Below are positions 8,589 to 18,516 of a DNA stretch of 64,000 nucleotides, piece after piece. The position numbers were made by a program, and so were the translations under genes. The notes under the pieces were generated by a model. It saw only the letters and a program-made list of their open reading frames with translations. It was not told where the DNA came from and did not search any database. The stretch's first letter is position 1; each line of letters opens with the position of its first letter. The DNA lies in assembly GCA_026982895.1 (NCBI GenBank), contig JALWQW010000003.1, positions 10,063 through 74,062 of the forward strand. Reading direction: 5' to 3'. Source of the stretch: Candidatus Micrarchaeota archaeon. GTDB taxonomy: Archaea > Micrarchaeota > Micrarchaeia > Anstonellales > J096.

Positions 8589-9203
8589 ATGGAAAGACGC
8601 AATCCAGATGAAGTGCTTAATGAATTTTTGGCGAGAAATAAAGCAGTCGTCGAGGCGCAGGCCAGCTTTGATTACAACAAATTTCATGAGAGCAGGCAGA
8701 AAACCTATGATGAAGGGCAAAAGCCGTCTTTGACTGTTATTGCATGTAGCGATAGCCGCGTTCCTGTCGAGGAGATATTCGTAGCCTATCCCGGCGAAAT
8801 ATTCGTGATAAGGACTGCAGGTAATGTTCTTGATGATATAGGAAAGGCTTCGTTAGAATATGCGCTCGACCATCTTCCAACATCCGTTGTTCTTGTTTTG
8901 GGACATACCAAATGTGGTGCTGTAACATCGACGGTTGAAGTATTTAAGAATGGTAAAATTTTGGAGGGTTCGCATCTCTATAGCTTAACGGAGAAGATTA
9001 GGCCCCTCGTTGTTGAAGCTATTGAGGAAGGAGCAAGCGATGAGAATCTTATAGATAAGGCCATAATCAAAAACGCTAAATCTGTTGTTAATGAGATATT
9101 GACTACCATGCCCATCGCTAAAAAATTGGTCGAGGAAGGGAAGGTTAAAATTCTCCCCGCCATGTACTACTTAGAGAGTGGAGAGGTGAAGCTTCTTGAC
9201 TGA
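8589..9203 (+). CDS. Beta-class carbonic anhydrase
   Basis: Zn-ligand motifs are intact: 'CSDSR' (Cys, Asp, Arg) and 'HTKCG' (His, Cys). Length is 204 aa. Confidence 0.75.
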   Translation: MERRNPDEVLNEFLARNKAVVEAQASFDYNKFHESRQKTYDEGQKPSLTVIACSDSRVPVEEIFVAYPGEIFVIRTAGNVLDDIGKASLEYALDHLPTSVVLVLGHTKCGAVTSTVEVFKNGKILEGSHLYSLTEKIRPLVVEAIEEGASDENLIDKAIIKNAKSVVNEILTTMPIAKKLVEEGKVKILPAMYYLESGEVKLLD

Positions 9204-10416
9204 ACAGACGGAATCTGAAAAATTATATACATTCAAGCGCACGCTCAAAAAGCTTAGGCAGTTTAGAGGTTCCGGCACTCAATTAGTTTCGGTATATATA
9301 CCTGCTAGCTATCCAATACCAGAGATAGCGGCTAAAATTAGGGAAGAGATGAATCAAGCGCAGAACATAAAGAGCAAGCAGACGAGAAACAATGTTATAG
9401 CAGCATTGGATAGAATCAATAATGCATTAAAGCATTTCAAAAAGACACCTCCTAATGGATTGGTCTTATTTGCCGGCAATATATCTCCAGACCCTTCTAA
9501 AACAGACATACAGACATTCATTCTTGAGCCTCTCTATAAGCTGAACCAAAGCGTGTATCGATGTGATTCCACATTTTTCTTAGAGCCCCTTGAGAGGATG
9601 GTTAAAAGCGACGATGCCTATGGTATCCTGGCTATAGAGGGCAGGGAATCCACCCTCGCTCTCCTCAGAGGGACTGAGATTACTATACTTGAACACATCC
9701 ATAATCCGGCTCATGCTAAGGTTAGAAAGGGAGGACAGTCTGCTAGGCGTTATGAGCGTTTAGTCGAGGAAGCTACAGAGAGGTATTATAAGAAAGTCGG
9801 CGAAGCCATGGATAAGCACTTCTTGAATAAAGTGAAAGGCATTATCATAGGTGGTCCAGGCCCTGTGAAAGAATATTTCGTAAAGACAAAGCCTTTCAAC
9901 TATCAGCATAAAATCTTGGGCGTCGTTGATACAGGCTATGCGGATGAGCATGGCATTCATGAGATAATCGAGAAGGCAGATGAGATTTTGCAGCAGCATG
10001 AAGCAATAAAAGAAAAGAATCTCGTGCAGCGTTTCATAAAAGAAGTGGTTAAGGGAGGAAAAGCAATATATGGTTATAAAGATGTTGTTGAGGCCATAAA
10101 GAGCGGTAGAGCAGAGCTTGTCTTGGTTTCGGATGAGATTCCATTACAGTATTTCAAGTTTAAGTGCCCTAATGATGGAACTGAAAAAGAGCTCATCGTT
10201 AAGCCCGATGAGGTAGATAAGATTAGATTGAAGCCTTTGCAGTGCCCCAAATGTAACGCTGCCATGGAGATTGAAGAAGATGATGATATAACAGACCATA
10301 TTATAAGCATAGCCGAGGAGCACAATATCCCTGTAGAAGTTATAAGCAAAACAAGCGCTGAAGGTATGCAATTCTTTAAGGGCTTTTATGGTCTTGGCGC
10401 GTTTTTAAAGTATTAA
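9196..10416 (+). CDS. prf1: Peptide chain release factor aRF1
   Basis: Contains the GGQ motif ('KGGQSARRYERL') and a NIKS-like 'NIKSK' in domain 1. The apparent TTG start overlaps the CA stop by 8 nt. Confidence 0.85.
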   Translation: MTEQTESEKLYTFKRTLKKLRQFRGSGTQLVSVYIPASYPIPEIAAKIREEMNQAQNIKSKQTRNNVIAALDRINNALKHFKKTPPNGLVLFAGNISPDPSKTDIQTFILEPLYKLNQSVYRCDSTFFLEPLERMVKSDDAYGILAIEGRESTLALLRGTEITILEHIHNPAHAKVRKGGQSARRYERLVEEATERYYKKVGEAMDKHFLNKVKGIIIGGPGPVKEYFVKTKPFNYQHKILGVVDTGYADEHGIHEIIEKADEILQQHEAIKEKNLVQRFIKEVVKGGKAIYGYKDVVEAIKSGRAELVLVSDEIPLQYFKFKCPNDGTEKELIVKPDEVDKIRLKPLQCPKCNAAMEIEEDDDITDHIISIAEEHNIPVEVISKTSAEGMQFFKGFYGLGAFLKY

Positions 10417-10590
10417 TTACTAGGATATTTTATATTTTCACAAATATCTCGAGTTAATACAAATAGTTCTGCTTCAAATTATCTCAGACCAAAGACAAAA
10501 GTTTATCATACATCTACTTTATATGAAGTTCTCAACCAAGAAACAAAAAGTGATGAAGAAAAGACAACCGTAGCTAAAAAGTGAGCGTGC

Positions 10591-11460
10591 TTATTTGAGT
10601 TTAGGCCAATTATTCTTCACTATTGTTTTGAACTTTAAGTATGTGCTGTAAAATCCTTTTTTATCTATGATACTCACTTCAAATTCACCATTTTCCATTC
10701 TTTTTATATCCAATCCACACGAAAGTAGAAATCCCCTGGTCAATTTGTAAAATTTATCCCATTTTTTCGGGTCTTTCATTTCTGATTCTAAACTCTCTGC
10801 AGTCGCGTCCTCTAATGCAGATGTTATTTTATTAAAAGCCATCTTTCTAGCCCACATATGAACATTGTCAAATTGAAGAAGTCTAAATTGAGCCAAAATT
10901 AATAAACTGCTAACTAAACCTTTTACCCGTATCCACTCCTTTTCTACTAATCCTCCTTTTTTAGCCTTTAACTTATCGAAGCTCTTTATGTTTAACATAT
11001 CGCCTTTTTCTACATATCCTATGATGTAAGCTTCCTTTTCTAAAAATGACCAAATCTTTGGAATATCCTGTAGTGTTAATGGCCTCAATCTTCTGGAAAA
11101 TTCTCTTTCAGCAAACTCATTGTATGCCCTTATATATGACAGGTATGCATAAGGGCTCTCATCAAAGCTTGGCATATATTTTGGATTCTTTAGTTTATCA
11201 GCGGCCTTAATCAAATAATTAAGTTCTTCATACGCTTTTTTTATTTCTTCTCTCTTAGCAGGCTTTCCATCCATCATACCTCTAAGCGTATCTCTCCTAT
11301 TAATCACAGTCTCCAGAATGCTATTAATTGTATCCATATCTACTTTCTTAACAGCAAGTGGCTTCTCTTTTGGAGGTTTTGCTTTATTTCCTTTTTCCGC
11401 CAATATTAAACCTGTAGCGGCTATTGTTGCAATTGTGCCCGCAACCAATTTTTTGCCCAT
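10591..11460 (-). CDS. Hypothetical N-terminally anchored or secreted protein
   Basis: N-terminal hydrophobic segment 'LVAGTIATIAATGLILA' followed by a charged domain. 289 aa. Confidence 0.45.
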   Translation of the reverse strand: MGKKLVAGTIATIAATGLILAEKGNKAKPPKEKPLAVKKVDMDTINSILETVINRRDTLRGMMDGKPAKREEIKKAYEELNYLIKAADKLKNPKYMPSFDESPYAYLSYIRAYNEFAEREFSRRLRPLTLQDIPKIWSFLEKEAYIIGYVEKGDMLNIKSFDKLKAKKGGLVEKEWIRVKGLVSSLLILAQFRLLQFDNVHMWARKMAFNKITSALEDATAESLESEMKDPKKWDKFYKLTRGFLLSCGLDIKRMENGEFEVSIIDKKGFYSTYLKFKTIVKNNWPKLK

Positions 11461-11511
11461 ACTCTATTATGTACTTCTTACTTTATAAAAACTTCTCTTG
11501 AGCTAATACGC

Positions 11512-12051
11512 TCAATTTGTCTTTATGCTGCACATACCTTCCTTGTAGTTATTATCGACATTTACATCCAGTAGCCTCTCATAACTTTGGCTAGCTGAGG
11601 AGTTGCCTTCATGCACATAAATTATGTAGCAGTCGTGCGTTTTCAAGTAATTTAAACACTTTCCTTTGTCCCATTCTATTTTTTCTCCTTTTGAACATGG
11701 CAGTGATTGGCAGTTGTCCATAAGGTTTCCTTCGCATTTATCGCCGTTGAATGCCAAGAAGTTTACAACCTTCTTGGGAAAACTTCTAAGGGCTGTCTGA
11801 TAATATTCTAAACTACAATCCATCACAGGCTTTGCTAATTCTGTATTGTTGGGATTTTCTAGGACAATGCATAGGGGTTTATTCAATATATTGCTGTTCA
11901 TATCTGCAATTCCTATGCTCTGTCCTCTTAACGCTTCTAAACTTGTATTGCTTTGAGGTGTAGAGTAATACAACAATATGCCAAGGGCTATCGCTAATAA
12001 AATAATTCCGAGTATCCATTTTGTGCTCTTATCTATTTCTTGATTAGGCAT
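11512..12051 (-). CDS. Cys-rich membrane-anchored extracytoplasmic protein
   Basis: N-terminal TM segment 'WILGIILLAIALGILLYY'. It has 10 Cys in about 140 aa and several N-x-S/T sequons. Its start overlaps the stop of the upstream 688-aa gene. Confidence 0.45.
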   Translation of the reverse strand: MPNQEIDKSTKWILGIILLAIALGILLYYSTPQSNTSLEALRGQSIGIADMNSNILNKPLCIVLENPNNTELAKPVMDCSLEYYQTALRSFPKKVVNFLAFNGDKCEGNLMDNCQSLPCSKGEKIEWDKGKCLNYLKTHDCYIIYVHEGNSSASQSYERLLDVNVDNNYKEGMCSIKTN

Positions 12052-14110
12052 ATTTAAACACCTCCGCTATATAACATTCATCATAAGCATATTTTGGAAG
12101 TTCAACTCTTAGGATGTTCTCACCTAAATAAGAACCGCTTATTTCACTTTTATCTGCGAAGTTTGCCATTATAACAGGCTCGCCGTTGAATCTATCACAG
12201 GCTGCCGCAGCTTGGCTTTTTCCATTAACCTTACATGTATCATCATAGCTTTCTATAAGTGTAACATTCTTCCCGTCTTTCTTGAGCTCATCTTTAACCT
12301 TCTCCAAACAACTGACGATGCTGCTGTCACTCTTAGCTATCAATAGGACAGAATTGCTATTCTTTATTGCCTTTGAGAAATCTTGTATTGTTGCACCGTA
12401 CAATCCTTTATCAAAGGCGAAGAATGACGCGCCTGTAAAGAATATGAACACTGTAAACGCTCCTATCAATATAATCATGAAGAAGAAAATGCGCTTGCTC
12501 TTTTTTATCCTCTTGGCCTTTTTCTCCTTTCTGTAAAACATGGGCACGCTTATCCATACCACGACGGCTGCCATCGATGTTCCAACTATTAGGGAGTAGA
12601 TGATTGGCGTGCTCTCTAAGAATTGTTCCCTTAAGCTTAGTGATTTAGGTAGATACGGTTTTGTTATTGTATATAGGCTGTTGAAATATGTCTGAAGGCT
12701 GCCTAAAAATGTATTTACAAGGGAGCGCTTTTCTCCGCTGGCGGCGTTGAATAACTCTGTTGTTATATTTTCGTAACGGTTGTAAAATAGCACTAATCTG
12801 GTGGCATCTATTTTTCCAGATGTTTCCTTCGATAGGCTTTCGTGTTCAGCTTTGATTCTTTCCCTTTCTAAGGGATCAGATATTTTGTTGTACAATGAGA
12901 GGTACATTATCTCAAAGTGCCTCTTAGATTCGTCAAGTTTGTCAAGCAGCGTTTCATAATTCTTTGTTGCATTAGAAATAGCGTATATTGTGTTCTCCAG
13001 AGTTTTTATCTTCACCTCTATATATGTAAAGTTGTTGTTTTCTATCTTATCCTTTATTTCATCTTCAAGGGGCTCTATAGAATAAACCTTTTTTCTTAAT
13101 TTATTATCATTTATTTCATCCAAAACTTTTATTGCGCGACTCTTTAGGCTGTTCCATCCTTTCAGCGTGCTGTTAAGTTCGCTGGTGTATTGCGTTCTTA
13201 ACTCATAATTGTGCCTAGATTCTATGCGCGTCTCAGTTGAGTTGTAAAGCTCGTCGAGCACATCCCTAAATTCGTAGAGAGGTTCTGTCGCCTTTGCCCA
13301 TTTGTCTGCTGTGTTTTTTAAGTTATTCAAGGCGGTTTCATTAACGATAAGTTCGGCGCACACACCGTAACAATCAGGGCAGTCTGCTAGATTTGTTGGG
13401 AATCTAAATTTGTTACTGTCTATGGCATCAACATCATCTTTTATTTTGTCAACAGCGTCGCTTATATCTTCAAATTTTAGGCTCATAATGGCCAAATCTT
13501 CCCCATCTTTCAAATAATTAATGGACTCTTCGATAGTGCTTAATTGCGTATCTATATCATAACTGTGTGTGAAAAAGCTTTCAACATCAGGAAGTATATC
13601 CGTGTAATCAGTACATCCTATGTCTGGGCCGAAATTGGAACAGATATAGCGTGAATAAAACTCGTATATGCTCGAATACATAGAGGGGTTGCTTGGCTCG
13701 CCTAGGTTCTCGCCAAGGGATTTTCTACACGCTTCTTCTTCTGTTCCTGGAAATTGATCCCCATTGTTTCTACTCTCATTAAAAGCAGCAGCCCACGCCT
13801 CCATCTCGTTGGCTATTTCATTAATATCGCTGGGCGCGTATTTTTTTAGGTAATATTGCCATAATATATCTTTCATTTCGGATTTACTCTCTACAATCTC
13901 ACTGTTATTTCCTTTAACCAACAGGGCGGGCTCTCCTTTGACATAGACTAAACTGTAATTTGTTGAGACATTTGTGAGGTTGAGCGGCACAATATTTACT
14001 ACTGCATTTTCTTCTCCTGGAAGAAGATAATAACTAGCATTATCCAAAACTTCAGCGAATGTCAAGCTGGCTACCAATATCAAAAATAAACCTAGGCTCC
14101 AATACTTCAT
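12044..14110 (-). CDS. Large glycoprotein-like surface protein with C-terminal membrane anchors
   Basis: Signal-like N-terminus 'YWSLGLFLILVASLTFA'. It has many N-x-S/T sequons and two hydrophobic helices near the C-terminus ('IIYSLIVGTSMAAVVVWISVPMF', 'FFFMIILIGAFTVFIFF'). Confidence 0.5.
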   Translation of the reverse strand: MKYWSLGLFLILVASLTFAEVLDNASYYLLPGEENAVVNIVPLNLTNVSTNYSLVYVKGEPALLVKGNNSEIVESKSEMKDILWQYYLKKYAPSDINEIANEMEAWAAAFNESRNNGDQFPGTEEEACRKSLGENLGEPSNPSMYSSIYEFYSRYICSNFGPDIGCTDYTDILPDVESFFTHSYDIDTQLSTIEESINYLKDGEDLAIMSLKFEDISDAVDKIKDDVDAIDSNKFRFPTNLADCPDCYGVCAELIVNETALNNLKNTADKWAKATEPLYEFRDVLDELYNSTETRIESRHNYELRTQYTSELNSTLKGWNSLKSRAIKVLDEINDNKLRKKVYSIEPLEDEIKDKIENNNFTYIEVKIKTLENTIYAISNATKNYETLLDKLDESKRHFEIMYLSLYNKISDPLERERIKAEHESLSKETSGKIDATRLVLFYNRYENITTELFNAASGEKRSLVNTFLGSLQTYFNSLYTITKPYLPKSLSLREQFLESTPIIYSLIVGTSMAAVVVWISVPMFYRKEKKAKRIKKSKRIFFFMIILIGAFTVFIFFTGASFFAFDKGLYGATIQDFSKAIKNSNSVLLIAKSDSSIVSCLEKVKDELKKDGKNVTLIESYDDTCKVNGKSQAAAACDRFNGEPVIMANFADKSEISGSYLGENILRVELPKYAYDECYIAEVFKYA

Positions 14111-14171
14111 ACTCGCTTTTTAAAGGCTAACATATTTAAAGGTTTTCAACCGCTTCTCGCTTCCATTTCTA

Positions 14172-15134
14172 TCATGCTTCTCTATTTATAAACATGTGGA
14201 CTACTTCTAGTATGCTCTCAGCAGCGTCGTTTTGTGGCAGTTCCTCTTTAAGTGCAGGCAAGTATTTCTCTATCAGCGTGCTAGCTTCTTTTTTGGCAAA
14301 GTCAATAGCTCCGCTTTCTTTTATTAGCTCTATTGCTTCTCTTATTTCTTCTTCTTTTTCTGTGTGCTTTTTAAGTATGGCTTTCAATGCCTTTGCTTTT
14401 TCTTCTGGCAGGTTCTTCAAAGCGTATAAAACCATGAGGGTTCTTTTTCCCTCTGTGATATCATCACCAATCTTCTTCTTGTATTTTTCAAAGTCGCCTG
14501 TTATATTGAGAAGGTCATCTTGAATCTGAAATGCTACTCCTAACATCGTCATGGCATTGTATATCTTAGCGTACTTCTCTTTGTCTACATTATAAAATGG
14601 TAGGGCAGTTGATAATGCTAAGAGAACCCCTGTCTTATTTTTGGTTATTTCATAATACTCTTCATAAGCCAAATCAAAGCGTTCTTCGTGGATAGCTGAA
14701 AGCTCTAAATGTTGTCCTTTAACGACGCCCATAAATGTTCTTTCTATTTCGTTTAGTTCGCCTTTACTTAGGCTGGAATTTATAAGCTGCCTCCATACAA
14801 CTGTATACATAGCATCTCCTAGGTTTATAGCCACGGGCTCTCCGTAAAGAATGTGTAAAGTAGGTTTTCCTCTTCTATATAATGACGCATCCTCTATATC
14901 ATCGTGGACTAATGTGAAGTTGTGAAAAACCTCTATAGCCAACGCTACATCCTCGAATTCTTTTCTATCTCTTCCAGCAGATTCACTTGCCAATAGCAAT
15001 AAGACGGGCCTAACCCTCTTTCCTCCTCTATTCACATACTCTCTTATTGGGTCTATCATCTCTTCTGGCAGATCTTTTATAGCCTCTTCGACATGTTCAT
15101 CAACCCATTCCTTTAATGAAGATATCTTGCTCAT
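14172..15134 (-). CDS. idsA: Geranylgeranyl diphosphate synthase (trans-polyprenyl synthetase family)
   Basis: First aspartate-rich motif 'LVHDDIED'. Second motif 'FQIQDDLLNITGD'. The 'GKPT' and 'GKRT' motifs are also present. Confidence 0.8.
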   Translation of the reverse strand: MSKISSLKEWVDEHVEEAIKDLPEEMIDPIREYVNRGGKRVRPVLLLLASESAGRDRKEFEDVALAIEVFHNFTLVHDDIEDASLYRRGKPTLHILYGEPVAINLGDAMYTVVWRQLINSSLSKGELNEIERTFMGVVKGQHLELSAIHEERFDLAYEEYYEITKNKTGVLLALSTALPFYNVDKEKYAKIYNAMTMLGVAFQIQDDLLNITGDFEKYKKKIGDDITEGKRTLMVLYALKNLPEEKAKALKAILKKHTEKEEEIREAIELIKESGAIDFAKKEASTLIEKYLPALKEELPQNDAAESILEVVHMFINREA

Positions 15135-15181
15135 GCCAAAGATTAGTCTTAAATCTTTAAAAAGCCTTCATATTGGACGCT

Positions 15182-18100
15182 TCATATTGGCAGGACATTG
15201 AAGTGGCTACTGTGTAATATGGCCTCAACATCTAATTCTTTTTCTATGTCGTCGTGCGAATATTCGTAATTTCCTGTATTCACCGCGTCGTCGAATCCGT
15301 ATCTGCCTATAAGTGTCATTTCAACGCAATCTTTATCACTCTTGTCTTCGTTCAAATAAACGCACACAAAGGCATGGTCGCTTTCCAATATTATTTTTGG
15401 GTAAATACCTGCAGACATTAGTGCAGTTGCATATACCAAGCTTCCATCGATGCAATTAGCTCCGTTTGCTTCTAAACTTTGGCTTGGAGTATAAACCCTT
15501 TGTACTCCTTCCATGCCACTTTCAGTTGTGCTTACATAATGCATTCCTTCATCATTCAGTTCGTCGTATATAGCTTTCATCTGTAATCGTGTGCTCTCTT
15601 CTTCTGTACAACTGCTCCTTCCGTCGTCGCCACATCCACTGGAATATGTACCATAGCCTATAAACGCTCTACTGGGCAGCCTATTAGCCGCTGCTGAAAC
15701 TAAATTATGGACTTCCTGCGATCCTGTTGTTACCCACGCCACTATCGCGTTATAGTATCGCGAATCCCATTTCATTGAATTGGCAGGCATAAGTTCAGCA
15801 TCGGCTGTCGCCGCCGCCACAACATTTCCACTATTGTCGAGTATCTTCACGACATATTGGATATCTCTTTTCTCCAAGTTGTTCAGGGCGGCATTATTTA
15901 GGTCGAGGCTTATCTCTTCTGTCCATTTACCGTTAGGTGTTAGAGAGATATCATCAGTATATGTGTAACTGTAATCAGGGATGCTAATCTCCATTCTGCC
16001 ATCAAATCCTTCGCTGCCGGAATTTTCGGCACTTGCTATAACCATCGTTTTTCCGAAATAGTCTGAATTTATAGCGAATGCAGGTATTATTGGATCGCCA
16101 AAGCTTGTGCTGATAATAGTTGCTGTAATTTCGCTTGAGCCCTGAACTACAATGCTTTTACTCGTTTCTAAGTTTCCTGCACTGGCTTCGATTATGTCCA
16201 CGCCTGAGAATGAGCTTGAAGATGTATAGACAACTGAACATTTTCCATCCCCGCCCGTATCGCATGATGAATCTATATCTCCATGATTAGCTGAGAAATA
16301 AACTCTTTTACCTGCAACACCGTTTCCTATTTCATCTTTGATAGTTGCTTCAACAGCGCAAGAATCCCCGCTATTAATTGTACTTGGATTAAGCGTTAGA
16401 TAGATCTCTTTTGGTTCTGGCGGCTTTAATTTAATATCAACACTATCTTTAGCATCGCCAGCCTCACCAACTATTTCCACAGTTTCACTATATTTGCTTT
16501 CTCCTGCTATATATTCAACATAACATCTTCCGTCTTCTGTTGTGCAATGGTCTGTATCCAATTCACCTGGACCTACATAAACTCTAAAATTAACCACTGT
16601 TCCATCATCGACAGGCGATCCACTTATAGTATCTACATCTGCATATATCCTCATCCTGCTACGACCATCTGCTGGTAGTTCATTTGTGTAGCTATCGGTG
16701 TATAATCTTATTTTTCCAGCCGACCGGGATATTTTGAGAGTTATATCTCTATTTAAATTATCTGAGAGTTGATTTATATTCGCACCAGAAACCCCTTTAT
16801 AGTTCTGAAATGCTTTGTTAACATCATCACTACTCACATATATGGAAATGTCTAAATTATCAGGATAATAATTCCACCAAGAATCATCATCTTTATAATA
16901 TACTTCTGATTTGCACAAACCATTATCACCAGTGTGACACACACTTAATGTTAAATCTCCACGTGTGCTCTCAAAATCGACCTCTGTGTTTGGCACGGGC
17001 TTTCCATTGATATCGACGACTTCCACTGTAATAGTCGTTGCTTCTGCGCCACCCTCTACTACATAATCCTTGTCTGTGCTTATTATCAAATTGTAAGGAT
17101 ATGTTCTTTTCATTTTCAATGTTGCTTTACCTTTAACATCCTCAACTTCTCCGTCAATTTCTATTGTGTAATCTTTATTTCCGTTGTATGCAGGCCTAAA
17201 TGTAACGCTGCATGCCCCATTTTTAGTCGTGCATGTGGTTGAATTGAATGAGCCTTCTCCATTTGCATGGAACCTGACAACCACACCGTTGTGCACTTTA
17301 TGCCCATGACTCTCAACATGGGCATTAATTGTTATAGACTTATTAGCTGTAGCTAACATGCTGGATGGGCTTAAATCAAGGCGTATATCTGTGACTTCTT
17401 CGCTTATGCTTATATCTATGCTTTTGCTTTTATTCCCTATTGTAATATCTATCTTATCAGATCCAAAGTGGTTATTTTCAGGGATATAATAAACTTTACA
17501 CTCATATTTTTCTTCAGTAAGACATAATGTTGCATTGCCATCATTTTCTAGCTTTCCTTCAACAGCTTCGAATTTACCATGTGTCGCTTTTAATCTTACT
17601 TTCTGATAATTAATTGCCACGTTGTCCTCATTTAATGGTATTATTGTTATCGTCGTATTCTTGTCAACATACTTTGTTAGATTACTTTTCCCCACCTTTA
17701 TTTTAAAATCATTGGCAGTTAACGGCCTAACATAAAAACTTACACTTTTATTTACTTCATCCACCTCCCATTCCTCTCTATTGGGGTTTATTACTGTTAT
17801 ACTTACACTCGTGTTTCCTGATTTTTTACCCACTTTATATTTAAGAGTGCATTCTGGCGGTTTAAATGTACAACTTTTTGGACTAATTTCCCCACTACCT
17901 TCTTTTATTTTAGCCCTTATCCAATAACCTGCAGGAAGATTTTCGTCTCTCCTATTTTTTAATTTAATATGCATCTCTAGCTCATCTTTTCCATTTGCAT
18001 ATAATGTTTTATTTTCCACATCAACCAGTACTTTATCCAAATTAGGGTACAATAAAGATATTTTTTTGTGGATGGTTTTTTTACCCATGCTTGTTTGAAT

Positions 18101-18481
18101 AGTTATATTTATCTCGTCGCCTTTGTTCAAGTCATTCTTAGGAGGTATATACTCTACATAACACTTCCCCTTGCTTTTACAATAAGCCTTTTTCAGTATA
18201 CCTCTTTTGGCGCTTGCGCTTATCTTTATTCCTTCTACTCCCCCACCAAAGGCGTTTCTAACATGTATCTCCATCTTTTTAAGATTGCCATCTGCAATAG
18301 TTATCAAGTCATTGCTCTTATATAATTTTAAGAGACTTCTATTTAGATTATTCATACCTTCAGGGCCATATGTTTTTACCTCTTTAATGCTTTGCGACAG
18401 CGCACTAAACACAAAAACCGCAGCCGCTACACTGACAATTCCTAACCCGAAAATAATGTAGAGTAATTTTTCGCCCTCCAC
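15182..18481 (-). CDS. Giant membrane-anchored surface protein: an array of Ig-like domains plus a C-terminal transglutaminase-like (Cys-His-Asp) domain
   Basis: N-terminal signal anchor 'LLYIIFGLGIVSVAAAVFVFSAL'. Modules of about 90 aa recur, each ending in a 'C-T-x-x-G-x-C-x-V-x-Y' di-cysteine motif (TTCTTKNGACSVTF, DHCTTEDGRCYVEY, SSCDTGGDGKCSVVY, SVCHTGDNGLCKSEVYY). The C-terminal 'NCIDGSLVYATALMSAGIYPKIILESDHAFVCVY...DKDCVEMT' resembles a transglutaminase-like core. Confidence 0.6.
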   Translation of the reverse strand: MEGEKLLYIIFGLGIVSVAAAVFVFSALSQSIKEVKTYGPEGMNNLNRSLLKLYKSNDLITIADGNLKKMEIHVRNAFGGGVEGIKISASAKRGILKKAYCKSKGKCYVEYIPPKNDLNKGDEINITIQTSMGKKTIHKKISLLYPNLDKVLVDVENKTLYANGKDELEMHIKLKNRRDENLPAGYWIRAKIKEGSGEISPKSCTFKPPECTLKYKVGKKSGNTSVSITVINPNREEWEVDEVNKSVSFYVRPLTANDFKIKVGKSNLTKYVDKNTTITIIPLNEDNVAINYQKVRLKATHGKFEAVEGKLENDGNATLCLTEEKYECKVYYIPENNHFGSDKIDITIGNKSKSIDISISEEVTDIRLDLSPSSMLATANKSITINAHVESHGHKVHNGVVVRFHANGEGSFNSTTCTTKNGACSVTFRPAYNGNKDYTIEIDGEVEDVKGKATLKMKRTYPYNLIISTDKDYVVEGGAEATTITVEVVDINGKPVPNTEVDFESTRGDLTLSVCHTGDNGLCKSEVYYKDDDSWWNYYPDNLDISIYVSSDDVNKAFQNYKGVSGANINQLSDNLNRDITLKISRSAGKIRLYTDSYTNELPADGRSRMRIYADVDTISGSPVDDGTVVNFRVYVGPGELDTDHCTTEDGRCYVEYIAGESKYSETVEIVGEAGDAKDSVDIKLKPPEPKEIYLTLNPSTINSGDSCAVEATIKDEIGNGVAGKRVYFSANHGDIDSSCDTGGDGKCSVVYTSSSSFSGVDIIEASAGNLETSKSIVVQGSSEITATIISTSFGDPIIPAFAINSDYFGKTMVIASAENSGSEGFDGRMEISIPDYSYTYTDDISLTPNGKWTEEISLDLNNAALNNLEKRDIQYVVKILDNSGNVVAAATADAELMPANSMKWDSRYYNAIVAWVTTGSQEVHNLVSAAANRLPSRAFIGYGTYSSGCGDDGRSSCTEEESTRLQMKAIYDELNDEGMHYVSTTESGMEGVQRVYTPSQSLEANGANCIDGSLVYATALMSAGIYPKIILESDHAFVCVYLNEDKSDKDCVEMTLIGRYGFDDAVNTGNYEYSHDDIEKELDVEAILHSSHFNVLPI

Positions 18482-18516
18482 CTATTATTATGAAGCATAA
18501 CTTTTAAATGTTATTC

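Noticed and set aside
10417-10590. Short ORF 'MKFSTKKQKVMKKRQP' in the convergent gap after aRF1
   Set aside because: It is only 16 codons and lies in an AT-rich terminator region. There is no RBS or promoter evidence.
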